Assembly (NCBI RefSeq): GCF_009914755.1 | Contig: NC_060928.1 | Source: the human T2T-CHM13v2.0 reference genome, Homo sapiens | Length of the DNA stretch: 64,000 nucleotides | Strand: one strand, 5' to 3' | Part shown: piece by piece, positions 1-14,594 of the stretch | Layout: the number at the start of each line of letters is the position of its first letter | Numbering within the stretch: position 1 is the first letter of the stretch | Notes under the pieces: generated by a model | What the model saw: the letters and a program-made list of their open reading frames with translations, nothing else | Told to the model about the DNA's origin: nothing | Database searches by the model: none | Made by a program: the position numbers and the translations under genes

Positions 1-226
1 AAGACTAAAGTTCCCTAAAAAGGAAAAAATTCTGCTTCCAGACTGTATTCAGCCTCAAGATCAATATCAACTCTTCCCTGGGTCACCAGCCTGCTGGCTT
101 GCCCTGCAGATTGCAGACTTAGCAGCTCCAACAATCTTGTGTGTCAATTTGTTAAACTCTTTCAAGATATTAGATTATATATATAATCTTCAATTGGTTG
201 TTTTTCTGAAGAATCCTGACTAACAT
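1..226 (+). mobile_element. MLT2-family (ERVL) LTR, 3' part
   Basis: ccagcctgctggcttgccctgcagatt...gaagaatcctgactaaca terminus. Confidence 0.7.
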
Positions 227-1261
227 AGTTGTATATATGTCTGTCTTTTTTACAGCAAACCCAAGGGAACTGGAATAGCTCTTAAATAATTCAAAACCGT
301 GCTATCTTGAGTTCTTTGCAGCACTTCTTTATTTAGAATACCAAGACATATATAATCCAGTTTGTCTCTGGAAATAGTCTACTAATGACAGAATATATTG
401 AATTGGTCAAAACTTAAGGAAATCAAAAGTTTGCTCCTCTGCTGGCTATTGCTGACACACAAGGCCCAGAATAAGAATTTTAAGGTTGATTCTATTGTCT
501 TTGGTATGTTCTATATCTGAAATGTCTATTACCTTAATCCTAGTGTCGTTCTCTCCCCGTGCACCATATCTTGCACACTATTACCCAAACTCATCCCTCA
601 CAGTATTAACAGCCACAGGGATTGTGGTGAATCAGAATAATCCCCAGGACTTTTCTGACAGAGATACTAAGGAAAACCGTCTTTTGCTTTGCAGCATGGC
701 TAGAAGAATGTGTAACTAGGACTACTTGTGGCCATCTTCCTCACTTGCAGCAGGAGAGAATGAAAGCCACACAGGAAGAGTGAAAGAAAGAGCCAGATAT
801 TCTCTGCCAGGGAAGAATCTCAATTTCTAGCCTCAAGTCTTTGCTCTCTTTAGATTTTCTTTCTTGTGAACTGCTGCAATATCCTTCACAATAATGGGAG
901 CCAATAAATTCATTTTTGCCTACTCTATTAGAATTGGGTTGGGGGTGACTGGAACTAATAGTGATTGGACATGTTTGCACCTTCTTGTTACTGGAGATTC
1001 CCATAACAAGAACTAGAGGTGTAGCAGCATCAGAGTGATTGGACTGTACCACTGCAGGGAGAACACATGTTCTAACATGGTGGAGAGATTTAATGTGTGA
1101 TTCAAAATTATATTTTCTCTGTGAGTCGGTGGAGATCCAGAAGTTAATATTTTGATGAACAAAGTTATCTTACAAACTATCTTACTATTGATCATAAAAA
1201 ATTCATTGGTTACCAAAAATTTCTTTAAGTTCCTTGCCTAATGCAATTAATTAATTGTTTT

Positions 1262-2030
1262 AATGCAAAAACACAGATAGAAAAACAACAATGAGATGCC
1301 ACTGTATACTACTAGGATGGCTATAATTTTAAAAAAATAATAATAAGTATTACTGATAATATGGAAAAATTGAAACCCTTATGCTTTACTGGTAGGAATG
1401 TAAAATGGTGCATTCACTGTGGAAAACAGTTTGGTGGTTCCTCAAAATGTTAAACATAAACTTACCATATGACCCAGCAATTCCACTCTTGCATACATAC
1501 CACAAAGAAATGAAAGCAGAGACTTAAGCAGATACTTGTTCATTAATGTTCACAACAGCATTATTAACAATAGCCAAAAGTTACAAACAACCTGAGCACC
1601 CATCAATAGAGGAAGGGACAAACAAAATGTGTTCTATACATACAGTGGAATGTTATTCATCTATGAAAAGAAGTTAAGTTTTGATACACATCACACATGA
1701 ATAAACCCTGAAAATATGCTAAGTGAAATAAGCCAGATACAGAAAGGCAAATGTTATAAGATTCCACTTACATGAAATATCCAGAATAGACAAATTCATA
1801 AGGTAGATTAGAGGTTACTAGGGGCTGGGGGAAGTGGGAATGGAGAGTTACTGCTTAGTAGGTATAAAATTTCTGTTGGGGGTGAAGAAAAATTTTGAAA
1901 ATAGATAATGGTGATGGTGGCATAACATTGTGAATATAATCAATGCCACTGACTTATATGCTTAAAAGTGGTAAAAATGGTAATTTTATGATATATATAT
2001 CTCAAATATTTATCTTTTACCACAATAAAA
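1262..2030 (+). mobile_element. L1M (L1MB-like) 3' end
   Basis: Typical ORF2 C-terminal and 3' UTR motifs (ggtaggaatgtaaaatggtgc, gacccagcaattccact). Confidence 0.85.
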
Positions 2031-2230
2031 CAAATGATAAAGCACACACACATACACACACAACTAGAGAGACAGTATTATATGTGCGGCAACTAAGAAC
2101 AAAAGACAATGGCTGCGGGTCAAACAATTTGAGGTTCAAGTAGGAATCTTTGGGAATGTTCTTGATTAGTTTGTATCCCCATTTCTTTATCTGCAAAACT
2201 AGCATAGGAAGTACAATAGCTAGTTCATGG

Positions 2231-2614
2231 TGTATTAGTTCATTCTCACATTGCTATAAAGAAACACCTGAGACTGGGTAATTTATAAAGAAAAGAAATT
2301 TAATTGACTCACAGTTCCACAGGCTGTACAAGAAGCATCACTGGGGAGGCCTCAGGAAACTTACAATCATGGCAGAAAGAGAAGGGGAAGCAGGCACATC
2401 CTGCATAGCTGGAGTAGGAGGAAGAGCAAGAAGTGGGAGGTGATACACACTTTTCAAAAAGCAGATCTCGTGAGAACTCACTCACTATCATGAGAACAGC
2501 AAGGGGGATGTCTGCCCCCATGATCCAATAACCTCCAACCAGGCTCCTCCTCGAAAATTGGGGATTACAATTTGACAAGAGATTTGGGTGGGGGCACAAA
2601 TCCAAACGGTATCA
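2231..2614 (-). mobile_element. MST MaLR solo LTR inside a MIR remnant
   Basis: tgtattagt...ggtatca termini; 5-bp TSD catgg at 2226-2230 and 2615-2619. Confidence 0.9.
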
Positions 2615-3564
2615 CATGGGTTGGAGGAAAGATAACATTTATATAAAGTATTAATTTTGCATGGTAAACATGGTGGATAACTATTAAATATTAGCTGTTG
2701 TTACCATTATTATTGAGTTCACGCTCTACTTTAGTAATCTCCGCATTACCCTACAGTACTGAAAATTCTACTCATAATTTTTATATCATTATTTATTTAA
2801 TTTGTATGAAATAATTATTTTAAAATTGTATTTTCAATCTGGAGCCTGTATATGTGGTTAAAAACTTGAATTTCAAAGCATAGGCTAAAAACCTTAGAAA
2901 ATAAGGTAAGGGAAATTAAGAATAATATGAAAATCTTGAGAATTCTATGTGACATTGTGTTGCCTCTGGGATGCCAAGCCATGACAGTGCAAAAATGAAT
3001 CCTGCCCATCCACAACCAATGATTGCATAGAAAGTTACAGTAGCAGCAGTTATCTTAAAATCCCAGTATGTACTGAGGTACTCTTTTAAAAGTTAGGACA
3101 TGCCATTATTGTGCAGATAACAATTAGCCACAATCACCTATATATTCATGTATGTTATTCAGGAAATCCTGAGAGATGATTGCATAAAATTATCATTTAA
3201 ACTTCAGAGGTAAATTACTGGACTATTCCGTTGTCTAAGAGCACTCAACTCTTGGCAGAACAATTTAGTTAAAAGTACAATTAAGCAAACAAATAAACAA
3301 TAGTTTGAAACTCACTTCAATTGTAAAGTGAAAATAATGGAAGTAGTAGGTTTGGAAAAATCCAGCTATTTTAGATCAGAAAATGACTTACTTATCTATG
3401 CAAATGGCTAAACAATATGTGAGATGATGGGGGTAGTTTATGCCAGTTCCTTATATAAACAACTGAACTATTTCATGCCACTATTGTTCATGTTCTTATT
3501 GTTTCTTAGTTTATTGTAGCAAACCGTATTTGTAAAAGCAAAAAGTAAATAAACTTTATCCTTA

Positions 3565-3903
<339 letters not shown>

Positions 3904-4270
3904 TCATTAGGTCAAATTTCTTTGAAGACTTAAATTTTGCTCAACAATTTATTTGGATTTTCCTTCCACATTATTATGTCTCTGTGTTAATCTTTAAATA
4001 ATATTCTAAATTATTAACAAGGAAAAACTCTTATCACAACGGTTAGAGCAAGATGGTCTTCCATTTTCTTACTGATTCTGAAAAATTGATATAAAATAAA
4101 GAAAGCAGACACTGCACACTCAGGTAGTATCTCTTCTCTATCTTGGTTTCACAATAGTTGCTGGGTTTGTTTTTTTTTTTTAAGGGGATCTCAATGTGGC
4201 AAAAGTATTTTATGTTGTCAGGGTAATCACTCTAAAGAGACATGCAAATCATCTGGTAGCACTTTCAGAC

Positions 4271-4695
4271 ATATTAATTGTTTCTTGGGCTGCTGTAACA
4301 AACTACTTCAAACCTGGGGTCTTAAAACAAGAGAAACTTATTACCTCAGAGTTCTGGAGGCTAGAAGTCTGAAATCAAGTTGCCAGCAGAGCCACACTCC
4401 CACTAACGGCTCTCGGGGAGAAACTTTCCTTGCCTCTTCCAGTTTTTGGTGGCTCCCAGCATCCCTTGACTTGTGGCGGGCATCACTCCAAGCTCTGCCT
4501 CCATTTTCACATGGCCTTCCATGTATTCCTGGGTGTCCTTCTGTCTCTTAGAAGTGAATTTAGGGCTGACCCTAGTACAGCATAAACTCATCTTGATGCT
4601 TACTTTACATCTACAAAGTCCCTATTTGCAAATGAAGTCACATTCTGACATTCCAAGTGGACGTAAATTTTGGGAGTCATTATGCAACCTAGTAA
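4271..4695 (-). mobile_element. MLT1 MaLR LTR
   Basis: gggctgctgtaacaaa...cagagttctggaggctagaagtctgaaatcaag. Confidence 0.8.
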
Positions 4696-4928
4696 ACTAA
4701 TGAGGGGAATGGGCCTTGGCTTCAACAAATTTGAGTTCAAAAACCCAAGTCTTTCCCTTTCTAACTCTGTGACCTTAGCAAATCATACATCTCTGGACTT
4801 CAAAGTTTTTCCTCATAGATAAAATACAATGAGATTGTATTCAACACTGGAAATATTAACTATGCCCTGTTCAAGTATTTGGACGTGGGTTTTAAAATGT
4901 CTAATAACATACTTAAAGAGTGGGAGTA

Positions 4929-5268
<340 letters not shown>

Positions 5269-5547
5269 TCATAGTTGATTCTTTATGAGATATTCTGAGC
5301 AGTTTAATGTTTAAAATTGTGACATTTTTATTCTGAGATAATATAGATAGGCTAAAAAGGATAGTGAACGTATTGCTGAAATACACCACTTGAAGGAGCC
5401 AACCGAAAAAAATAAAATATAATAATTAGTAGCATAATCCAGGTCATTAAAAACTGTTTCAAATTCATTTCTTATTTCAAATCCTGTTGTGAATATATCT
5501 CCTCTCAATAATAACCAGTATAAAATGGTAGTAGCTTATACTCACTG

Positions 5548-6260
5548 CTAGAAGCTGAATTTTGCCCCTGAAAAGTTTATATGTTGAAGTCCTAACCCCT
5601 GATACCTCAGAATATGAGAGTATTTGGAAATAGAGCCTTTTAGAAAGTACTTAATTTTGGCTGGGCGCAGTGGCCCATGCCTGTAATCCCAGCACTTTGG
5701 GAGGCTGAGGCAGGTGGATCACCTGAGGTCAGGAGTTGGAGACCAGCCTGGCCAACATGGTGAAACCCTGTCTCTACTAAAAATACAAAAATTAGCCGGG
5801 CATGGTGGCAGACACCTGTAATCGCTGCTACTTGAGATGCCGAGGCAGGAGAATTGCTTAAACCCGAAGGCAGAGGTTGCAGTGAGCCGACACCGCGCCA
5901 TTGCACTCCAGCCTGGGCGACAAGAACGAAACTCCGTCTCAAAAAAATAAAATAAAATTTAAAATAGAAAGTACTTAAGTTCAGATGAATATGTTAGGAT
6001 GGGTGCTAATCCATTACGACTGGTGTGCTTACAAGAAGATCAAATTTGGACACAGACATATACAGAGGAAAGACCATGCAAATACACAGGAAAAACACAG
6101 CTATCTACTTAGCAAGTTGAAAAGAAACCAACCCTTCCAACACTTTGATCTCAGACTTTTAGCCTTCAGAACTATGAGAAAATAAATTTCTGTTGGTTAA
6201 GCCACCTGGTCTGTGATGCTTTTTTTTTTTTTTTTTGGCAACCTTAGCAAATTCATACAG
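5548..6260 (+). mobile_element. MLT1 LTR interrupted by an AluS (5659-5964)
   Basis: tatgttgaagtcctaaccc...agaactatgagaaaataaatttctgttg; Alu TSD tagaaagtacttaa. Confidence 0.8.
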
Positions 6261-6693
6261 TCACCATTCATTTTTGCATACCACACTGAATCTAATCATA
6301 TTTAGAGTTTTTTAAAATCAAGAAGCAGCACATCATTGTCTGCTAACTTCTCTATGTGAATACACTGTCTAGATTGGCATGTAAGCACAAACTGCACAGA
6401 TGACTGGTGCTTCACTAAGTCCAACTTGCTTCCCAGAACAAAGGGAAGTTTGCCTTACAGATAAATCTAGGACTTTGCCTATTAGGATCTAGAACACTGG
6501 CCTCTGCTTTAATTGTTTTTTTCTGTCTTTTTCACTAAAATTCAGAAAAATTCCTAGGTCTAATATCATGCAGGGTCACCCTATTACAATACTACGGGGT
6601 TTCAGAGAAAGGAGAGCTCACATTGGGTCAGGGGATGGGAAATGCTTCATTAGAGGGTGGCATTCAAACCATACTTCATCCCCACACCCCCCT

Positions 6694-6857
6694 TAGGGGA
6701 AAGTGAGAACGCAGTCTCTCACTATCACCAATTATGCAGTTGAGTTTCCCACATTTGGGGAAATCGCAGGGGTCAGCACATCCTGAGTTTAATGGATAAA
6801 CCTCACCCTGGGAAAACCACCTTTGTGATCATGGTATTTCCTCTGCCAGCTAAGTAT
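6694..6857 (-). pseudogene. RNU1 pseudogene: Full-length U1 snRNA pseudogene
   Basis: The reverse complement aligns end to end with U1 (ATACTTAgCTGGCAG...TTTCCCCT). Direct repeat caaaccatac at 6665-6674 and 6858-6867. Confidence 0.95.
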
Positions 6858-7547
6858 CAAACCATACATGAGCGGGATAGGCAGCAATTAACAGGCAGTA
6901 TACTTTAACTGGAAATAAAAGATTAAGAAAATCAGTGAAGTCTGGAAAATTTGGTATTTAGAGAGAATGGTTTCATATCATTAAAGCATGTATATGTTTA
7001 GGGGGTGGTGCATAAAGACTTCAAAAAGTATTCTAGAAACAAGTTATTGATTATCATCATTAAGGTTAAAAAATTTGGATATTAGCCCAAAGAACAAATG
7101 TATTTCAACTTACATGGGATAGCTGTTAAAAATAGCTTCCTGAGCCCCATTCACGAATAAATAAATAGGAATCTCTGCCAGCAGGCCTCCAATATGTGCA
7201 TTATAGCTAGCTTCCCAGATGCTGCTTATTATCACACTAAAATTTGAGAACTACTGCAATAGATATTAGGAAACTATTAAATGGCCCTGCAAATTTTTGA
7301 GCAAAGAATAACCAAATTATATCTACACTTTAGGATGATTAATCTAATAATGATAGGTATTCAAGACAAGGTAGATATGGGTTTAGGAAGTTGATGCACC
7401 AGTCAAGGCAAGAGACAATGAAAGTTGAGATAAAAGTGGATATAAAGGGCTTTTTGTCTTACCGTGCAAAAAATATGACAAAGGTAGGAATGTAGAATTT
7501 TATAGCTCACATATAAGAGGATGAGATAAAGAAGTATCAAGGATGAC

Positions 7548-8088
7548 TGAGTGTTAATATTGAGTGTCAACTTGATTGGATTGAAGGATGCAAAGTATTG
7601 TTCCTGGGTGTGTCTGTGAGGGTGTTGCCAAAGATTAACATTTGAGTCAGTGGACTGGCAGAGGCAGACCCACCCTCAATCTGAGTGGGCACCATCTAAT
7701 CAGCAGCCAGCACAGCTAGAATAAAGCAGGCAGAAGAAGGTGGAAGGAGCTGACTAGCTGAGTCTTCTGGCCTTCACCTTTCTCCTGTGATGGATGCTTC
7801 CTACCTTCAAACATCAGACTCCAAGTTCTTCAGCTTGTGGACCACTGGACTTACACCAGTGGTTTGCCAGGACTCTCTGGCCTTTGGCCACTGACTGAAG
7901 GCTGCACTGTTGGCTTCCCTACTTTTGAGGTTTTGGGACTCGGACTGGTTTCCTTGCTCCTCAGTTTGCAGACAGCCTATTGTGGAACTTTACCTTGTGA
8001 ACATGTGAGTCAATACTCCTTAATAAATTCCTTCATATATACATCTATCCTATTAGTTCTGTCCCTCTAGAGAACTCTAACTAATACA
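7548..8088 (+). mobile_element. MLT2A (HERV-L) solo LTR
   Basis: ttaatattgagtgtcaacttgattggattgaaggatgcaaagtattg...ctctagagaactctaactaataca; flanks atgac/aagac. Confidence 0.9.
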
Positions 8089-10680
8089 AAGACTAAGTAT
8101 TAAGTTGTGGTAGGGTTAATTAGAGATAGGGGCATCATAAGGAAAAGGCTGTTGAGCATTTAAGAGGGAGTACATGATGGATTCAGACTGAGACATGTTG
8201 AATTTTGCTATTCTGGTAGGACATCCAGAGCAAGACATTCAGCTGGCTGTCTAAAATATAAGCTGGAGTCTAAGAGTGATGTTTGAGCTGAAAATACTGA
8301 CTCAGCATTTATCTGGAAGAGATGATGATTGAAGCAATCTGAATGGATAACACTTGGCTCTTATCTATCCAACATAGGCCATAGGAGAAAGTCACACAGA
8401 ACCAGTGAATTTAATGACAAACTACAAGAATTTTAAATTGAAATTTTATTGTTATGATTTCTTACATTGTTAAGTTTATAATAGTTTACATTATGATCAG
8501 TACCTAAAATTATATTCTCTGGGCCTTAGGTTCATTTTTAAAACTAAAAACAAACAGCCCTTACAATGTAATTGTAATGAACACGTAAGTATTTTTCTTG
8601 TAAAATCAAGTACAGTAACAGCTAAAGAATTGTGTCACCTGGGTCATCCTGGTCCTTACTGTTTCCAGTATCTTCTGTATTTACCTTGCACATTCTCAGT
8701 TTTCTTCATATGGTGCCCATTGGTTGTAAACTTTCTGAATCTTTTCATTTTGACAACCTATCCTACCATGACTTGATTGTTTGTTTACAGATTCAAGATT
8801 TGAAATCATTTTTATCTCAAGCTTGGAAAGAACTGTTATACTACCAGTATTGCTGAAGTGCCCCCAATGCCGATGCTTATTCCTTTGTAATGATCTTGTT
8901 TTGTCTCTGAAAGCTTCTAGGATTTCCTTTTTATCATTAGAGTTTGAATTGTTATCAAAATGATGCTAGATTTTATTTTTCTTCTTGGCTCTTAGGTGAC
9001 CTTTTCAATCTAAAGAAATCTTTCTATCTTCAGTTCAAAAAAAAATTGTCTTCCATCATTTTCTCCTTTCCACTCCCTCAAGTGTGTCCTTATGTGATTT
9101 CTATGAATGCTGTACCCACTAAATCTACCATGTCCCTTAACTTTTCCATCATGTTTCTCATCTATTTATTTTATTATTTATCTCTCTGTGACTTTATCTT
9201 TCAGATTGCCGATCTTTTTTTCAACTGTGTTCTTTCTAATATTTAGCATGTATACTGAATATTTAAATTTCCAAGAACTCTTTTGTATCTTCTAATTGCT
9301 TCTTTTTGTTTAGTAGTCATCTTTGTTTTATGGATCCAACTTCCTTAATACTCCCGAAGACACTAAGTAGAATTTTAATTTTTTTTAAATTCTCTTCTCT
9401 TACCTAAATTGTTTCTTTTTCATCCAGGTGTTGGTTGTTCTGTCTGTTCGTCTTGATCTGTCTCTTCCATTCTATTCTTTTTCCTCCTGTGTGAGTTGCA
9501 TCTGCAGTTTGGTTGTCCTGTTTCCCTAACAATCCTTTTGAAGAAGAGGGTAGGCTTCATAGAAAGGCATGACACTTGTCAACAGGCAGAGTTCCCTGTA
9601 AGATAGGTGGCCTGGGAACAGACCAACAGGCAGACAAGGCTACCATTTGACAAAATAAAGAGGGGTTTACTCTGAAGTCAAAGTGCTTTAGCCTTTTGTA
9701 CCCATGAGTGCAACACCCTATCCTTTTAATTTTCCTCTGTATTATTTTGAAGGACCCCAAGATCTATTCTACTTCTTTCTCAGGATCCACCCAAACCAGA
9801 AACCTGCCTCAGGACCCAATGAATTTCTTTCAAATTATGGTACTTAATCTATTACCTGAACCAGAAACCTCTGGGTTAGTGTTTTAAACATTTTCCATCT
9901 TCTTTTAGCTAGCAGTCATAATTATTAAATAATATTGTGATACTGTACCTTACATTCAGTATCAACAACAAAATTACCTTGCTTTCTTTTAAGAGACTTT
10001 TTTAGAGTAGTTTCAGATATACAAAAAAAATTGAGAGGAAAGTACAGAGTTCTAGTATGCAACCTCTTTCTCTGATACACACACAGTTCCCACTATTAGC
10101 ATCTTGCATTAATGTGGTACATTTGTTACAACTGATGACCATCACCTTGCATTGTTATAGCACTTTTTTTTAATAAAAACATTTAGTTATCTAATTTAAT
10201 CATCAGATAGTAGGTGTCCAATAAATATTTTTGAATCATTGAATGAAATTAAGCATCTGCACATGAGCTACAATTGGTTGCAATTAAATCATATGGCAGA
10301 AGAAAAATATTAAAATAACTATATTTTTAGTTTCAGCATCTATCATTTGCTAAAGTATGTCTTCCAGACTACTAACAATTCCTTGGAGTGAACATTTGAT
10401 ATCTAAAATTTTCCCTTCATTTGGCTCATCAGGCAACATGACTATCTAAACTATGCAAATAAACACAATAAAGCAAACACTTGAAATTATCCTTTATCAA
10501 AATATTGTTTTTACAACCCCTTTAATTGTAGTAAACTTCTGGCACAACTTATTAAAACTGGTTTTACAAAAAACATGCTCTTCCTCTTACCAACATTTGA
10601 GTCATCTGAAACATTGCTTTTGAATGCCCACCCTGTGCTGGGAAGAAAATTTATCCTAATCATCAAATATTTATGGTAAG

Positions 10681-11357
<677 letters not shown>

Positions 11358-11691
11358 TAATAATCTTCCTAGTAAGATTAGGAAGTTGCCAAAGGAAGAA
11401 AATGCTCAAATGCTGAAAGATAGATATCTTATACTACATAAATCCTCCAAAAAAAAAAAATAGTCTCAGTAATTTGTAACTTGTGTTTTCTGCTTTCGTG
11501 AGCAGGATTCTCTTAGGCAAGAAAAAAAAAAAAAAAGCGTCTGTTCATAGGAGTCAGATCTAAAACTTAATCCTTCATTGGGTAGAAATCCACCTCCAAT
11601 GACAGCTCAGAGTTTCATAGCATATTCCTGTCATAACTGTTATTTTCTTGAATCCTTAACTTTGATGGACTTTAGAAATCAGCATGTTGAA

Positions 11692-11769
11692 GGGCAACCC
11701 ACTCGGGTCCCCTTCCACACTGTGGAAGCTTTGTTCTTTCACTCTTCACAATAAATCTTGCTGCTGCTC

Positions 11770-11803
<34 letters not shown>

Positions 11804-11889
11804 CCCACTCAGATCCCCTTCCACGCTGCAGAAGCTTTGCTCTTTCACTCTTCACAATAAATCTTGCTGCTGCTATAAAAAAAAAAAAA
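11692..11889 (+). repeat. Tandem dimer of polyadenylated LTR12 (ERV9) 3'-end fragments
   Basis: Two ~78-bp units (ggcaacccactc...cacaataaatcttgctgctgct) starting at 11692 and 11798, each followed by an A-run (11770-11797, 11877-11889). Confidence 0.85.
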
Positions 11890-12359
11890 TGCACCATGTT
11901 AAGAAGATTGATTGCTGAGAGGAAAAACCTTTTGTTTGGTTGCATACTGTTAACAACAAGAGGCCATTGGAGGAAAAAGAGCAATAGTCAAATAAGGAAA
12001 CCACCATTATTTTCTTTTTGCATATGTTCTATATGTTTTGGCCCTATTACAGAGTAATCAGGATTCCCCAAAAATAACTGCCTATGAGTTTTAGAACAGG
12101 TAGGCATATAAGAATAAGATGAGGCCTGGGAGAGTTGAATTGTAACAGTGTACACGTAGAAGCCCACTGAAGAAGTCTTAGAGATTGTTCTTATCTTCAT
12201 TTATCTTACACTTGGCAAAGAAACTTAAAAAAATTTGGTTGAAAGGAGTAAGTCAACTTCATATGCTAATTACTGTCTTGTGATCCTTTTACTTATTAAA
12301 CTTCTTAATATAAGCCAAGAACTCTGACATAACATAATGTTTAGACCCACTTTCCTAAT

Positions 12360-13184
12360 AGAGTTGACCCTTGAACAACACAGGTTTAAACTGCATGGGT
12401 CCACTTACACATGGATTTTCTTCCACCTGCCACTCCTGAGATGGCAAGACCAACCCCTCCCTCTTCTCTTCCTTCACTTTACTCACCATGAAGATGACAA
12501 GGATGAAGACTTTTATAATAATCCACTTCCACTTAATAAACAGTAAACATATTTTCTCTTCATTTTGATTTTCTAAGTAACATTTATATTCTCTAGCTTA
12601 CTTTACTGTAAAAATGTAGTATATAACACATATAATTTATAAAATATGTGTTACTTTACTGTTTATATTATTAGTGAGGCTTCTAGTCAACAATAGGCTA
12701 CTAGTAGTTAAGCTTTGGAGGAGTCAAAAGTTTTATGCTATATCAGTCCATTCTCACACTGCTATAAAGAACTACCTGAGACTGGGTAATTTATGAGGAA
12801 AAGAGGTTTAATTGACTCACCGTTCCACAATCTGTACAGGAAGCATGGCTGAAAGACCTCAGGAAACTTACAACCATGGCAGAAGGTGAAGTGGAAGCAA
12901 GCACATCTTCACATGGTGGCAGAAGAGAGGGAGAGAAGAAAGAAGTGCCACACACTTTTAAGCCATCAGATCTCATGAGAACTCACTCACTATCACAAGA
13001 ACAGCAAGGGGGAAATCCACCGTAATGATCCAATCACCTCACACCAATTCCCTCCCCAACATTGGGAATGACAATTTAACATGATATTTGGGTGGGGACA
13101 CAAAGCCAAACCATAGCATATGGAAATTTTTAACTGTTTGGTTGATCAGTGCTCTTTACTCCTGCATTATTGAAGGGTTAACTA
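12360..13184. mobile_element. Tigger2-family MITE interrupted by an MSTA LTR (12739-13118, minus)
   Basis: TIR agttgacccttgaacaac... / ...tgaagggttaact; MST flanks tatgc/tatgg. Confidence 0.8.
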
Positions 13185-13659
13185 TAAATCTTTAAAAAAA
13201 CACACACACAAAAAAAGAATATTTACTTAACACTGCAAGGAATATTTAAGAATATTTATCTTAAACAGTATCTTACTTAAAAAAAGTAAAATTAGATGTA
13301 TTACTTTAAAAATCAGTGACAAAACTTTGTTCTTAAAATTCTGGCCACAGAATTAAAATATAAAATACAAATTATAAGTTACACAAAGGTGTAACTCATA
13401 AAATAAAAAATATACATTTCAGTCATGTACACACACACATTTTGCAAATAATTTATATTCTGAATTTATATTATATAAATCTTTAAAAGCTGAAAGTTTA
13501 TCAAATTAACAAGTTTAATAAAGTGACTATACATTAGATAAACATGGAAAATCAGTTATTTTCTAATATCCCATCATTATCCATAAAATATTTTATGAAA
13601 AAAAATCTGAGTATCTACAACAAGAAAATTAAATGCCATGTAATAAATTGCTTACAAGA

Positions 13660-14204
13660 GTCCAATTATTTAGACCACGTAGTACCCATGCCCTTTGCTA
13701 TGTGACTTTGCAGTTCCTCTTTCCAAAGAGGTAAAGTCTATCCCACCTTCTCACCCCTGCTAAAATTTGGGGTGGGAAGGTGGTGATTTGTTTTGGCCAA
13801 TACAGTAAGTCTAAGGTTCTAGAGACCTTGAATATTTTTGCTTGTTGCTTTTTTGTTCCTGCCATTGCCAAACAAACAAGCCTTGTCTAGCTCACTAGCC
13901 GGCTAGAAAAGGAAAGATATACAGAACAGCCAAGTTGTCTCAGTCATCCAGGAAAAGCTATCTTAGATGAGGTAATACCAGGTGATCTCTAGATGTGAGT
14001 GACTGCAACCAAGATTAGCAGAGTTACCTCACCAACCAGCAGCTGGCCACAGTCAAATAAGCAAATCCAGTCAAGATCATTCAAGCCAAGCACAAATTAA
14101 CCAAGCCCGAGAGACTCATAAGCTAAGTAAATGTTTAACATTAAATGCCACTGAAGTTCAGCAGTTGTTACACAGCATTATTGTGGCAATAGATAATTGA
14201 TACA
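13660..14204 (+). mobile_element. MLT1F/G/H-type LTR
   Basis: ccctttgctatgtgactttgcagttcct...gcattattgtggcaatagataattgataca. Confidence 0.7.
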
Positions 14205-14279
14205 TACTATTTAAAGACATTACTAACATGGAAATATATATATTCTTATATTTTCTAGATTTCCTAAATGGCCCTAAAA

Positions 14280-14500
14280 GAGTTAATACTCATATAGCCT
14301 TTACTATATGCCAGGCACTGCTCTTATTTAGACCCCATAATAATTCTCTAAGAAGGCACTATTATCATTGTCATTTAATAAATGATGTAACTAAGGCACA
14401 AAAATTTTAGTTTCCCCAGATCTCACAGCTCAGTGGTGGAACTAGGAATAGAACTTTAATAATATGGCTTCAGAATCCATGGTTTTAACTATTGCACTAT
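14280..14500 (-). mobile_element. MIR
   Basis: tttactatatgccaggcactg...gatgtaactaaggcaca. Confidence 0.65.
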
Positions 14501-14562
14501 AATACATTTTGGACATTTTGCTTACAAAATTAAAAATATATATTCATGTATTATAAATATAC

Positions 14563-14594
<32 letters not shown>

